DNA of 60,000 nucleotides, from contig MU058009.1 of NCBI GenBank assembly GCA_013265495.1, positions 1,490,001-1,550,000 on the forward strand, in the 5' to 3' direction. Origin of the DNA: Vicugna vicugna. Lineage: Eukaryota. The position numbers were made by a program, and so were the translations under genes. The notes under the pieces are model-generated. The model was given only the letters and a program-made list of their open reading frames with translations. It had not been told where the DNA came from and did not search any database. Shown piece by piece: positions 1-12,690 of the stretch; the stretch's first letter is position 1, and each line of letters begins with the position of its first letter.

Positions 1-19
1 TCCCATAATCAAAAGGAGA

Positions 20-360
20 CCTGGAGAGGGGAGGGGGGTTGGAGAAAGGTGGTCAAAAGGTGCAAACTTCTAATTGTGAGATAGATAAGTCCCAGGGATG
101 CAGTGTGCGGCTTGAAGACCACAGTTAACACTGCTGTGTGATACGCAGGGAAGTGGTTAGGAGATGGACCCTAAGAGTTCTCCTTACAAGGAGACTTTTA
201 TTCTTGTGTTTTTATTGTTATTTATATGAGATGATGAATGTTACGTAAACATATTGCGATCATTTTACAATATAGGTAAGTCAAGCCATCATGGTGTACA
301 CCTTAAACTTATACAGTGGTGCGTGTCCATTACTTCTCAATAAAACTCAAAAAAAAAAAA
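20..360 (+). mobile_element. L1 3' UTR fragment (L1MA9-like), ends in AATAAA and poly(A)
   Basis: GGTGGTCAAAAGGTGCAAACTTC...ACAGTTAACACTGCTG...CCTAAGAGTTCTC...CACCTTAAACTTATACAGTG...CAATAAAAC-A12 matches recalled L1M 3' ends. Confidence 0.85.
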
Positions 361-1907
361 GTAACATGTCCATGGGTCCTAGAGATGCATGAGGAAACTG
401 GCGTCATTTGCTTGCTCAGGAATCTGAGGGGAGACAGAGAGCGAGACAGAAATTTTACCAGTCATAATGGTGCCTGTGTTAAGACGGATAACCAGCTCTT
501 CCCGCCCACATCAAGAAGACAACAGATGCCTAAATTTGCACAGAAGCAAACACAATTTATATTAATGTTGTGAAATAACACCAGGACGCTGAGGAGTGGT
601 GTGAGCTGGAATCCGACAGTTCGGGAACAGCAGATGACCCTGTGGGATGTCCAATCTATTTAAGCACACATCATGTTGTTTCATCCATAATGACCCCATG
701 ATTTTAATTCCACTGAAATAGTTCTTTGGGGCTTTGGATGCACTTAAAGATCCATTTCTTCACTTAAATGAGGACAATCTCATAGTTTAAGTAAATTTAT
801 GTTTTAATGTTGGGAAACCAATAGAAAATATCATAAAAATAAAATCTCAACCATGTGTTCTCTGGCGTAAAACGGTACGTGTAATAGAAAATGGGCAGAG
901 GGCGTAATTAGGAACCACTGGTCTATGCCGCTTGTGCAATTTATTTGTGGCAGTGAAAGGCATTCATCTTCTGAACAAAAAATGCATTCTGGACAAATTG
1001 AATACTGAAAAAAAATGCAGCCTTCTCTTCTTTTCCTTCAACCAATGCAGTTGAAGACCAAAGTATAAATGCTTCTGAGGGAAAAACACAATATGGAGGA
1101 CGTTGGTTATTAATAAAGTCACTTACCTGGTTCAGATTTGAATCTATGTCAATCTTCCTTATTTTTTACCATCTGTGAAGAATTGGTTTCCTCCTTTCCT
1201 CTTCCCAACGACTGTATCCAGATTAAAAGGAATAAACAGATAAGGGAGAGGTGCTGTGACCGTATCACAGGGTAGAAGTTCAGCTGTTACTTAGAGTTGT
1301 TTTCCATCATTCTCTTATACTCATTGGCCTCTAAACTGTCCATTTTCTTTATTACCATTCTATCAGTAGTAATAATTGTATACACTATGCTGTAGAGAGC
1401 AGCTGATCCAGCTCAAATCCAAGGGTCAAATTCAAGGCAGTCAATCTGAAAATCTCCCTAAAACCCTCGTCAGTGATAAGAATACTGACAGTCAAAGCTT
1501 TTGAACCCATAAAGCAAAGATCTGAAAGGCAGGAGGAAAAACATAGAAAAGAATGCATCATAATCTGAAAACAATTTCCCCGCTCCAAAGAAGATAAAAA
1601 TCTGACCACAGGTAAGCAGAGAAGAACCAGAGAAAGGTGACCAGAATTTCAGTACTTGTAGTTCTTGGAAAAGGACCTTCACCTTCTGCAGCAACACCCA
1701 GGGAGAGATGCAGGGACCAGAATCCCCAGGGAAAACTTTGAATCTGTATGCCAGGGGTAGTGCAGCGGCAACCTCAGAGCAGAAGGAATGACTGCCTAGC
1801 TTCCCAGTGTCGTAGCCCTGGGAGCTGCAAGGCTTCGAAAGAAACTCATTATTGAAGAGACTGCCTTCTCCATCGTATATTCCTGCCTCCTTTGTCATAG
1901 ATGAACT

Positions 1908-2041
1908 GGGCATAGATCTGCAGAAAACTCTCATTCAAAAAGACACATATACCCCACTGTTCACAGCAGCACTATTTACAATAGCCAAGACATGGAAACA
2001 ACCTAAATGTCTATCGACAGATGACTGGATAAAGAAGCTGT

Positions 2042-2084
<43 letters not shown>

Positions 2085-2549
2085 GGAATACTAGTCAGCC
2101 ATAAAAAGAATGAAATAATGCCATTTGCAGCAACATGCATGGATCTAGAGATTATCATATTAAGTAAGTCAGACAAAGACAAATATCATATGATGTCACT
2201 TATATGCAGAATCTAAAAAACAAAAAGATGAATTTTATTTACAAACCAGAAATAGACTCACAGACCTAGAAAACAAACTGTAGTCACCAGGAGGAAAGGG
2301 GGGGAGGGATAAATTAGGAGTTTGGGTTTAACAGATGCACATTACTATCTATAAAGTTGATAAACAACAAAAACCTACTGTATAGCACAGGGAACTATAT
2401 TCAGTTTCTTGTAATGAGCCATAATGGAAACGAAACTGAAAATATATATATGTGTGTGTATGTATAACCGAATTGCTTTGCTGTACACCTGAAACTAACA
2501 TTGTCAATCAACTACACTTTGATAAAAAATAAGAATGAAGAAAAAGAAA
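1908..2549 (+). mobile_element. L1 ORF2 C-terminus plus 3' UTR (cetartiodactyl-type), 5'-truncated
   Basis: ORF 1852-2094 contains KDTYTPLFTAALFTIAKTWKQPKCLSTDDWIKKLW, typical of the L1 ORF2 C-terminus; followed by TATAGCACAGGGAACTATATTCA 3' UTR motifs and an A-rich tail. Confidence 0.95.
2044..2081. repeat. (GT)19 microsatellite inside L1
   Basis: Direct reading. Confidence 0.97.
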
Positions 2550-2559
2550 CCCATTATTG

Positions 2560-3500
2560 ACACCTGAGCTCTAAAATAGCCATTACTGAGTGTATTAGTC
2601 AATGATAATTCCATATATATGGCCCAAAGCTAGCCGAAACCCAATGAACAGAAATGATAGTGGTCTAGAGAGCTCACGAGGTCCCCACCGCATTCCAAAG
2701 ATTCCACCCACCCTGCCCTTTGCGCAACAACCAGAGTTCCCTGGCAGTTAGCGAGTTCAAAGCCCTCTCTCCACACGGACACGTTTTGCTGGAGAATCCA
2801 CGAAGCAGTCATCTTCAGCAGCAGGAAACCCAGAAACATCTGGCTTACATTCCAAGCTGTCAGTCTCGCTCACTTATTAGTAACAGAAGGGGATAACTAA
2901 AAAACTGGATAAAAAGGTTATCAGCTCCTCTTCTTTCCTCCTCAGCATCTTTCCAATGGCCTTGATTGATGCCAGATTGCCTGGCAAGGGATGGGAGTGC
3001 TATTTTTAGTTGGCTCGGAATCTGAGGGACTTGCATTTCTGCTTGTGAACCTTTATAAATATTTAAGAGAAAGGAAAAGCATGAATGGAGGAACATGTGG
3101 TCCCACGGCTATCCATCAAAGCCGTCCGTAGAACTCACAGACACGTATGTGCGTGCAGCCAGAGAGCTGTCTGGAGGAACAGAGCTGCATGCGTATGAAT
3201 AAAAGAAAACTCTCAAAGCCTTGGAGAGAACTTCAAAGTCAAGGCTAGTAAGGTGCGCATGCTGGGCTCCTTATTCAGCTGCCTTCGCCACCTTCAGCCT
3301 CTGTTTTCTGACTGGAAAACACAGATCAGGCGTGTTTACTTTCTTCCTCCTGAGAAAGGAGAAAGGCTGAGTGTGAGAGGAGGTCCGAGAGCTGGGTTCA
3401 AGTGATGGGTTTACAAACAAAAACCAACGATTATGCGCCGCACGCACACGGAAGCGTGGTGCGTTTGCACGGACCTGCAAAGCGTTTCACCCACTGGGTT
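2560..3500. promoter_or_regulatory. Candidate enhancer with perfect MEF2 site
   Basis: Repeat-poor block; CTATTTTTAG at 3000-3009, TGATTGAT (PBX-type) ~2963, TGTTTAC (FOX) ~3333, raised CpG at 3430-3520. Confidence 0.35.
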
Positions 3501-6184
3501 TCAGGATCCCCGATGTAAAACGAGGGCAGGGCTGACTTCCAGATCTAAACGTGTGCTTGCAGAGAAGCCCTCTTCCTTCTTATGACCTTTATCCAAATTG
3601 TTTCCTTGGTTTCAGAGAAGTCTCAAATGTCTTGCCTTTTGTTTTCTGGTGCAGTACATGGAAAAGTCAATTCAATAGGCATTTCCTGAGTGTCCGCCAC
3701 ACCAAAGACCCAGTCCTGGCCTGTGGGAGAAAGGAAGCTCAGGAGAGGGGCGTGTTCTCTGGGAGAAGGGTGGGCAAGGTTCGCCCTGGTCCTGCAGGTA
3801 CCTCTTCAAAAGGCGGCAGCTCCCTTCGAGAGAGAAGGTCGGTCATTTTCCTCAGGGAAGGAGCTGCAAAGGGTCCGAGTTTAATCACAATTTCATCCAT
3901 CCTTTCCAGCTCAACAAAACCACCTCCTACATACCTGCAGGGCCTGAAGGGGGAGCCGGGCCATCCACTCACCCATCCAACAAATTGCTCAGTAGCATTT
4001 ACTGAGCACCTACTGAGCAAGAACTGAGAGGGTGGCATTTAAGGAGCAGCGGCCACTCTCCCTGCGGGTGCGGAATGCGCCGTCCAGTTAGGAAAGCCGG
4101 CGTTCCGGAGCACTCACACACCGATGCGCACACACGGGCTGCCGGGGCACGGCAGCCCACGGAAGGGGGTCTAAGCATCCCGTGTACACTTAATCCCTTT
4201 ACTGCTCTCAGCCCCGCCCTGGATGGGGCCACAGGCCATTCTTCAAAAGCATCGCAAGTGTCTGAAACCGGCCCAGCAAATTCTTCCAGACTTGCCATCC
4301 TCCCCGACGGCTACTTCAAACTCCTGTCGGCCCCGATGGCTCAGTTTTGTATCTTGGACCCCTTTTTTCATCTTTCCGTGTCCACGTCTTCTGGCTGCAG
4401 ACTGTCCCCTGTGGTTCTCACCTGTCATTCCTTTTGGATGCCTGTTCAGGTGGCCACCTCTCCACCATTCAGGTGAGAGCTGGCACTACCCGGTCTCCTG
4501 CTCCCCAACCAAGCCCAGCTCTGCAATGCCGCCCGCCTCAGTCCCTGGACCCCCCGCGCTTGGTCACCCACGGAAGAAGGCAGCGCAGTCATGCCGAACC
4601 CCTAAGGGGTGAAGTAAAGGGTGTGGGCTCAGGCTGGGGATTGGCCTTTAATGCCCGGCTCAGACTTGGTGCAAAGCTCTCTGCTCACGTGGACAGGATG
4701 TCAATCATTTTCTCTGAGGATGAAATTTTAAAAAGACAAACGAAGGAAAGAGATTAGTTTGTGAAACTCCACGGGCCCCCCCAGAAGTACAGAATAAACT
4801 TGGACTTCCTTTTATTTAGAACAGGAAAGCAGTGACCGTCTACCCCCACATCTCCTGCTGCTCGACGGGTCACTAGCCCGCCCTGCGGGCACACACCCAG
4901 GCGCCCTTCCATACGCTCCCCCTCTCTTCCCCTCCAGTGGGTCCCTACAGTGCTACCAAAATTGCGCACCTCGCCACCGCCCTCGGGAGCTCGTCCCTGA
5001 CCCCCACCCATCGGGGGACAGCTCATTCCCTAGCCACATGCCTCCTACAGTATTTTCCACTTTTATTGGCATGAATTCACTGCTTCAGCAGGCGTTTGGG
5101 GCACCTAACTCCCTGCAGGCTCTGAGATGGGTTTCTGGCAGGACGGTCTCCGCCGCCAGGGTGAATAACATGGGAAAGAAAGCACGTCTGTCCTTCTGGA
5201 CTCACGCGCACACCTCGTACATATCAGGCACTCAGTGTATGCCTTGCTCCACCGAGGAGATGCTGTGAATTATTTTCCGAAGGAGCAGGAATCAGCAGGG
5301 AGGAGACCTGAGTGGATGTCCAGGGAATTAGACTCCGTGAGCAAAATGGAGCTAAATTTGATTAAATGAGTCTGTTGCAACATTGTATTTCCATTCCAGA
5401 GTGGACGCCTCCACTTTAGGGCAGCTAAGCGCTCATTTCTAAGCCTCCCTGGGGGACCTCAGGAGGGGATGTAATCTGTTCCACAGGCCGCGTCCTCCTT
5501 CCCCTTTTGGCCTCTGATTCTTAGCATTGCAGAAAGATTACTCCCAGAAATAAACTGACCTTTTGAAAAGTAACTGAAATCACGCATTCCAGCTGGGGAC
5601 AATGAACTTGGTGTTCAACAAAATGTAAGTTTCTGGCCAACATAATGACCTTGCTGGCTGCTACTCTGCTCTCTTGTGTTTTTTTTTTTTTTGAATAAAC
5701 ATAAATGTGATTCCCAGACATTTGTTTCAATAAAGACACTTTCTGTTCTTGCTTCCTACCTTAGGCAAATGTTGTTGAAGTTCCAGTGGGGTCCTTCATC
5801 TCTACCTTACATCCCACCTGGAGAGTCATTAAGAGGGTGGAGTTCTCATTTCAGAACTGTGACCACCCTCAATGACTTGTGTTTTCTGAGCTAGAGGTGA
5901 GTGCACGATAAAAATTTAATTCTATGATGATAAATGCAGAAGGGAAAGCACAGGGCCCTTCGCTTTGAGTCAGATTCTTTCACTGCTGAGGATAAAGCCG
6001 TGGATGTCTGCACCGCCCCTGGCAGTTTACCAAACTGTACTTCCCGGTGTCTTACATCATCTCCCCCAAAGCAGGGAGGTGTTTTACTATTACCACTGTC
6101 ATCTGTATCTTATGGATGCAAAACTAAAATTTGGAAGCAGTATATGATTTGCCGAAGGAAACACGTGAACAAGTTTGGAAACGT

Positions 6185-6705
6185 GTGTGGTGACAGAAAG
6201 CATTCTGGCTACAGCCAGACAGAACTTGGTTTGATTCCTGGGCCCTCTGCTTACCAGCTTTGTGGTTTTTCAACCATAATATAACAACCAATACTTATTT
6301 AGTGCTCACCATGTGCCAGTCAACGTCCTAAGCACTTGGTGTGTCTTGCATGATTTAATCTTCATAAGAACTTAGGAAGTTCGTGAGGTTCCATTTCCAT
6401 CATGATGCCCACTGACGGCCAAGGAAACTGAGACACAAAGGGGTAAGAAACTCACCCGGAATTTTCTGACTGATAAATGGGGGGAAACAGGATTTGAACC
6501 CCAGTGATCTGACACCAAAGGCTAGGCTCTTAATCACTGGGAAATACTGTTTCCTGCTAAGTTAGTTTCTCTTGCTTAGCCTCAATTTTCTCATCTATAA
6601 AAGAGAAGTAATGGTACATACTTTTAAGTGTTGCTATGAAAATTAGAAATAGTGTCTATCGAGTGCCTAATGAAATTCCTGGGACACAGGGAAGCCTTGA
6701 TAAGT
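6185..6705 (+). mobile_element. MIR SINE split by a second MIR insertion
   Basis: 5' part AGCCAGACAGAACTTGGTTTGATTCCTGGGCCCTCTGCTTACCAGCT (6210-6260); 3' part GCCTCAATTTTCTCATCTATAAAAG...CCTGGGACACAG (6578-6690). Confidence 0.7.
6280..6550 (-). mobile_element. Near full-length MIR, antisense, nested in the MIR above
   Basis: TTATTTAGTGCTCACCATGTGCCAG...AAGGAAACTGAGACACAAAGGGGTAAG...GGATTTGAACCCCAG...TCTGACACCAAAG...CTCTTAATCACTG is the reverse complement of the MIR consensus. Confidence 0.85.
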
Positions 6706-6836
6706 TTTCAGATTTTACTAGCCCACGTGATATTTTTCCATGATATGCTGTGCCTGGACTTCTTATCCTCAACCCACATGGGTCCACAAGTGAGCTGCAG
6801 GGAAAGAGCTGTCCCTTTGAAATAGCATCCAAAGTT

Positions 6837-6920
6837 GTCTGCGTGTGTGTGTGTGCATGTGTCTGTGTGTCTCTGTGTGTGTCTGCATGTGTGTGTCTGT
6901 GTGCATGTGAGTACACATGC
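6837..6920. repeat. Degenerate (TG)n/TGCATG microsatellite
   Basis: Direct reading. Confidence 0.9.
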
Positions 6921-7229
6921 ATTTTTCCAGAAAAAACTCTTTAGTTTTCATCAGACTCTCAAAAATATCCACGCCTCCCCCAAAACAGTAGCCCCACTGT
7001 CGAATAACCTTGAAAAAAGTCGTACACTCTCTGCATCTACTTCTCCACCTGGAAAACTACTTAAATGCTTTCTCCAGTCAACATCCTCAGGAGAAATGCA
7101 TTTGCCACTTCAACCTACCATTATCCAACTTTTAAGCACAGGCTATAAGAGAAGCTACTTATTTAGCTGGTACAGTAGAGTTTGAGAATTTGAGGAAAGG
7201 AATTTTGCCCTGTCTTTGCCCTCCGTTCC

Positions 7230-7860
7230 CTCCGCGGGCCGCATTTGGGGCTGGAGCGTTTTCACAGGCACGTGTGGGTGGGTGTGTTGACACAGCCCCC
7301 GGCGTGAGGGATTTCTGGGAGCCAGGCTAAAAGCCCGGCCTCAGCTGGCCGCCCTCCACCTCTCCCAAAGCAACGTTCTTGTTTATCCTGTTCCCTAATT
7401 AATGGCGCCCCAGCAAACAGCAGGCTGCCACAGGCAGCCTTACGTCTCATGGCATTTGGCAGCCATGTAGAGTGCTGGTGAGTCTTTGTGGCACTTGGCT
7501 TTGTCACCAGAGCCAGGGGGTTTGGCGGGGGGTGGGGATAGGGTGGCCTTGACAGCCTCCCAGAGACTCTGCCCCCCTGGGCCCTGCCAGGCGGATGAGG
7601 AGAAGCGGGTGTCTCCGCAGCCAGCATGCTTAATGGGAATGGACAGAGCCAGGGAGTCCAAAACCTCACGTGGTCAAGGGACCGCCAGCTGAGGCATCTG
7701 ATGTTCATTTTTATGAGATTCACCAAAAGTTCAAACCAGCCCCGTGCTATTTTTAGTGAAGGAATCGGTCGTGTGACTACCGAGGGCCTTATTCAATCAA
7801 TCACCCACTCAGGCGGAGAATTCGGGAGTCAACAAATGGTATAAACACTGTGAGGCTGTG
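7230..7860. promoter_or_regulatory. Candidate enhancer (MEF2, homeodomain, E-boxes, G4)
   Basis: Repeat-free, GC-rich; CTATTTTTAG 7747-7756, TAATTAAT ~7396, CACGTG ~7269 and ~7667, four G-runs at 7516-7543. Confidence 0.35.
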
Positions 7861-8924
7861 AGGGCCCCTCCTGTTTCACACTCCATTTCTTCACCTTTTC
7901 TGGTCCTTCTATTTCTGCTTCTCTGTCACCACTCCCGCCACTTCCTTCCCCTGGTTCTTTGAGAAAAAGAGCTGGGTTTAAGGAACTCAGTGAGCAGAAC
8001 TAAATATTCCTGAACAGAAGCAAACTAGGACATCTCCTTGAGTCTCGATGGTTCTTCTCAGAGTCTGGGGAAGGGTAGATAAGCTTTTCTGCACACCCTC
8101 TTGCTCCTTCATGCATAGTTAGTGCTTTGCTGTTTTGATGTTTTATGCTTTTTAATGTTAAAATTGTGATTGTTCAAACTTACACAGCTCGATTTACCAG
8201 CATCTGTAATCACCTGTAAGCTATGCAAAGGAGGATAAAAAGTGACAATAACATTCTTACATGGTATAAAGCTTCAAAGGTTTTAGACCCTTTTCGTATT
8301 TTCTGATCTATAACCAAATGTGCCAGATTTCACATATAAACCCCTAAACTTTTAATAATCATTTAAGATCCGATATAGATCAGAGAAGTCAGGTAATAAG
8401 CAAAGTTTGGTTTATTCTGAAAAACTAGATAACACTTAGTGGTGGTGAGAATAAAATTTCAAATGTATGGTCTCCCTTATCTTAAAGAAGCTCTCCCCAA
8501 ATTCGCTTCCCACTCAAACGACCCCGTCACCTCTCACCTTCCCTCCGCAGCCACATTTCTCGCTCCCCTCCCACGCATTCCCCAAACACTGTGACCTTCC
8601 TTCTTCTCTTATCACCTGTAGAAACTGGCTTCTTAAAGTGACCTAACCATCTTCAAATACCCCTCCTGGGCTCAGGCCTCCCTGTCTGTTCATCATGTAC
8701 AAACCTCCACAGAGATGACTACTGCCCGCTCCGCCCACAGCCTCCCACCCCTTCAGCCACTCAGCCTCCTACTGGTTTCCCTGCCACGTATTTTGACTTT
8801 ACCATCAGCCCATTTTGTTGAACACTTTACCTGAATCTTCCCATCAAATGTACTCCTAGTCCTCAGTTTCAATTTATTCACTTCCCTAATAGTATTTATT
8901 AAGTGCTCATGTGCCAAGGCTGCT

Positions 8925-9070
8925 TCCAGGAACATGGCAAACTGAGAATCTGAAAAACTTCCAGCCGCAAAACCCACAGAAACACTGGATAGATATAAAA
9001 GAAACCGTTTAAATAGGGGAAAAATACCCAGGGGACGTCAAAGTAGGAGGGAAATCAAAGTCTGTCCGTG
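8925..9070 (+). mobile_element. Probable HAL1/L1M 5'-end fragment among L2 pieces
   Basis: CAAAACCCACAGAAACACTGGATAGATATAAAAGAAAC resembles the recalled HAL1 5' end. Confidence 0.4.
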
Positions 9071-11054
9071 GAGTTACCTTCTCAAGCAAAATCCAGACTC
9101 ACATCTGACCATCCTCTGCACAGCCTTCTCTGACAATGTGATTAAAACCTCAACTTTGAGATTCTGAAAAACGGAGCTAAACATCTTTCTTCCCAAATGT
9201 TCTCTCTCATCTGTTCTCCGCCGAAGTAAATGGACTCATATATCTTTCAGGCAGCCATTCCCATGGTTCCTAAGCACCCTTTACCTTGCCTCCCTGGTTC
9301 CTGCTGTAACCTGGTATTTAGTGGGCCTGAGAAGGGACCTGGCAGCCCTGGGTCAACAGGGTTAATTCCCGCTAATTCTTCCTATTGATTGAGTCTGTGT
9401 GGCTGGACTTCTGTCTTGGTTATCTTACATATTCTCCAAATCCTCTGCTGAGACCAAAGTCTTTCTGTGCTAAGCAAGGACCCTGTCACTGTCTAATTCT
9501 TACCAAGATCTTCTTTGGGGTCTTTTGTGCCACAGCAGCATGACCTCGGGGCTGCTGCCATGTCATTCTGAGCATCACATGTCCCTAAATATCCCTACCG
9601 GTCACACTAACCTGCAACTGTCGATCCCCCGTCCATTTCCCTTAGCCTGGATATTGATGCCAGCACACTCAGCAACTTGAGAGATGACTGCCCAACACGC
9701 CTTCTCCTCTGTGCGAGACGGGAACAAGGCATTGACTTGGTACAAGTATTTCACCTTCAAGGAGTTCTCACTTCCCTCCTTTCCACCCAGGAGGCCCACA
9801 CCCCCCTAAGGTTCACCAGATGCACATTCTCATTGTGCCTTTCTCTGCCCCAAAGTAGGGGATCAGCAAGAAGCTGTGACAAGAAGAGCTGAAGTGTGAG
9901 GTTATGCTGTGACAAGCTAATGTGGCCACAGATGCACGGCAACAACCCCCTGCATGTGGTCTGGCCAAGCATCTGAGGATTGCTCAGTTATAATTAGCTC
10001 CCCTTATCCATGCCACATGTACTCCTCTTTCCTTTATCTTTACTTTTGAACCATGATCAAAGGTGTGTCCCTCGGTCTCTGTCCCTTCTACCTCTCCAAC
10101 AATGTGCACCTCCTCACATCTCCCAAGATGACTCTTGGAAAATCAATATTGCAAGCACGCCACGAAATCTCCTGTGCTGTCCTGCGCTAGATCACCAAGG
10201 CATGAAACGACTGGTCTACAAACCAGCAGCTGGTTGGAGACAGAACAGAGATGATTCTAAATATGCAATTTCTCCCTTAAACGAGAGGAAACTGAGTTCC
10301 TGTTGAATTATAACCACTTGATACCGACAGAATAGCTTACTAGGTGTTTAACATAGTAGAAATGCTGGATGAATAACAGATAGAGTCGTATTGTGGCTTC
10401 TGGTCATAACTCCAGAGAATGAAGGGACCCAAGTGATTCTAAGCACCCTGGACAGTTCCTTTGCTCACATCAGTTCCTGCCACTGGCATCGTCCCATTTG
10501 GACACATGGGTCATACCATCACTGTGCAGGGTTTAAAATCATACATCAGAAAGTAACTCAGCTGTCGTCTAGCACAACTCCTTTTTTGGGAGGTGAAGAT
10601 ACTGACACCTAGGACTGAATTGCTTTGTTCAAGGTTACTACTATCTTGTCTGGAATTAAAACAAAACAAAACAAACAAAAAAACACCTCAAGGGTCCTAA
10701 GTCCAGTTCTGAAAGTCTTCTCCACAACACATGGAGGTTCCTTAACTCCCTCTTAATTATCACTTGAAAAATAAGAGAAGCCAAGAAATTTGGAATACTC
10801 CAAACATATTTATTTGTCAAAGTTAACCTTCTCTCCTTTCTCACTCATCTTCATGATTGGAAAATATGGTCTAGAAAAGACATGTGTCATCCTGTCCAGG
10901 TTCTCCATACCTAGATTAAAATCTATTATTTATTTACACATTTATTTCTCCCCCATGCCTCTGTAGATGACTGGGATATGAAGATGTCAGAAAACCAGGG
11001 TGTCCAAAGACCATGCCCCACCTGCAGGAAATCACCTTCCCTTTAAGGCGTTAT

Positions 11055-11200
11055 CTCGGGGAGTAATGGAATTGTTAGGGATCTTGATTGCGGTGGTGGT
11101 TTATAGGTGTGCACATCTATCAGAAGTCATCAAACGGTACGTCTGAAATATGTGTAGTTTACTGTTCAGAAATTATACCACAATAAAGCTGTTTTTTAAA
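11055..11200 (+). mobile_element. Old L1M 3'-end fragment
   Basis: ATCTTGATTGCGGTGGTGGTTTATAGGTGTGCACATCTATCAGAAGTCATCAAAC...AATTATACCACAATAAAGCTG. Confidence 0.8.
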
Positions 11201-12328
11201 ACCTTTTTTAAAAGACATTGTTTTATATGTCCATAAAATGCGGTTGATTCAAAATGCTCTTAGCCTAATAATACATCTTTGAATGCTAATTGCACCTCGA
11301 CTTCCAGCACATATTTGTACCAATAACCTCCTTTCAAAGCCATTAGGGCCTTTTGCTGTTGTTGTTTTTGTTGAAAGCTGATGCTGGAGGTAATGTACCC
11401 GTAGGAGACTCTAAAAACCCATTTTTATGTAGCATTACTTATACCAACCTAGTCTTTCCTCTCTGCTTACTGCCGCACTGGCAACTATTCTTTTTCAATC
11501 CATTTCTATTAATAAATGTTAACACATCACATTTTAGGCTCTGCTAAGATAAAACACTGGCAAAATAAATGACACCTTTTCAACAGCCCCCTTCACGTCC
11601 TCTCTGCTCATTTTCCCATAGTCTCCTCCTGCAATAAAAGTTTTCTTCCTTTTCTTTCCTGTCCTTGGTCTTGACACTCTCTTTTCCCTACCATGTTTCT
11701 AAAATACTATTTTTTACCAATATGACTGTTCGAGACTACAACTACTCTCAGTTCTCATAATCTTATATATCCCTTTTCTAACGTCACTTCTCATCCTTTT
11801 TGACCCCCTCAAGTAAATGCCTCACCAGCTTCCTCACCCCCACGCCCAGCTGGCCCTTCTTGTCTTCTGCGGGACCAGAACTCCTGCAAGAGTTCCTTCT
11901 GCTGCTGGAAAGATGAAAACAACAGTTGACTAGGCACAGCCGTCCATTTATTTTGCATCCCACCCCTCCCGCCGTCGAGAATCCAGACTATCTAGCATTT
12001 CTTCCTTGAACACAGTATGGGATATAGTCATCAACAACACACACTTTTTTGAGCACCAACCCTTATATAGGGACACAAAAGCTGTAAGTCATGACATCCA
12101 TCACCCAAAAGCCATGGGCAGGGCATGAAAAGGTAATCCAGTGCAAGGTAATAGCGTCAAAGACGGGTCAGAGAATGTGTAGTCCGTGATGAATGAAAGG
12201 CTCCAAGAAACCCTTCCTGGTCAGGTCAGGCATGCACTGGCCCTGAAAGGAGGAGAGGACACAGCCAAACAGAAAGAAAGAGGGAAATCATTCCACAGGT
12301 TATTTCTTGATTTAAAAAAAAATCAGTT

Positions 12329-12690
12329 TGATATCACTCATATGTGGAATCTAAAAAAAAACAAAGAAGACACTAACAAAATCATCTACAAAACAGAAAC
12401 AGGCTCACAGGCATAGTAAACAAATTTGTGGTCACCAAGGGAAAGGGAGTGGGAAGGGATAAATTGGGAGTTTTGAGATTTGCAAATATTAACTACTATA
12501 TATAAAATAGATAAACAACAAGTTTCTTCTGTGCAGCACAGGGGTCTATATTCAATATCTTGTAGTAACGTATAATGAAAAAGAATATGAAAACGAATAT
12601 ATGTATGTGTTTGTATGACTGAAACATTGTGCTGCACACCAGAAATTGACGCATTATAAACCGACTATACTTCAATTTCAACAATTGAAA
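12329..12690 (+). mobile_element. Camelid-type L1 3' UTR fragment
   Basis: GATATCACTCATATGTGGAATCTAAAA...GGGATAAATTGGGAGTTTTGAGATTTGCAAATATTAACTAC...CACCAGAAATTGAC...GACTATACTTCAAT. Confidence 0.9.

Noticed and set aside
1121..1130. ACTTACCTGG resembling the U1 snRNA 5' end (also ~26593)
   Set aside because: No further U1 sequence follows; both sit in MIR-like context
2611..2622. CCATATATATGG (and CCATATATAAGG at 15030) as SRF CArG boxes
   Set aside because: Eight A/T bases between CC and GG, not the required six
3551..4757. Cluster of 130-158 aa ORFs
   Set aside because: Overlap in multiple frames and strands, non-ATG starts, no recognisable homology or convincing exon structure
9310..9990. 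Possible ancient ERVL LTR/internal fragment
   Set aside because: LTR-like texture, but I could not match termini or a family; needs a Dfam search
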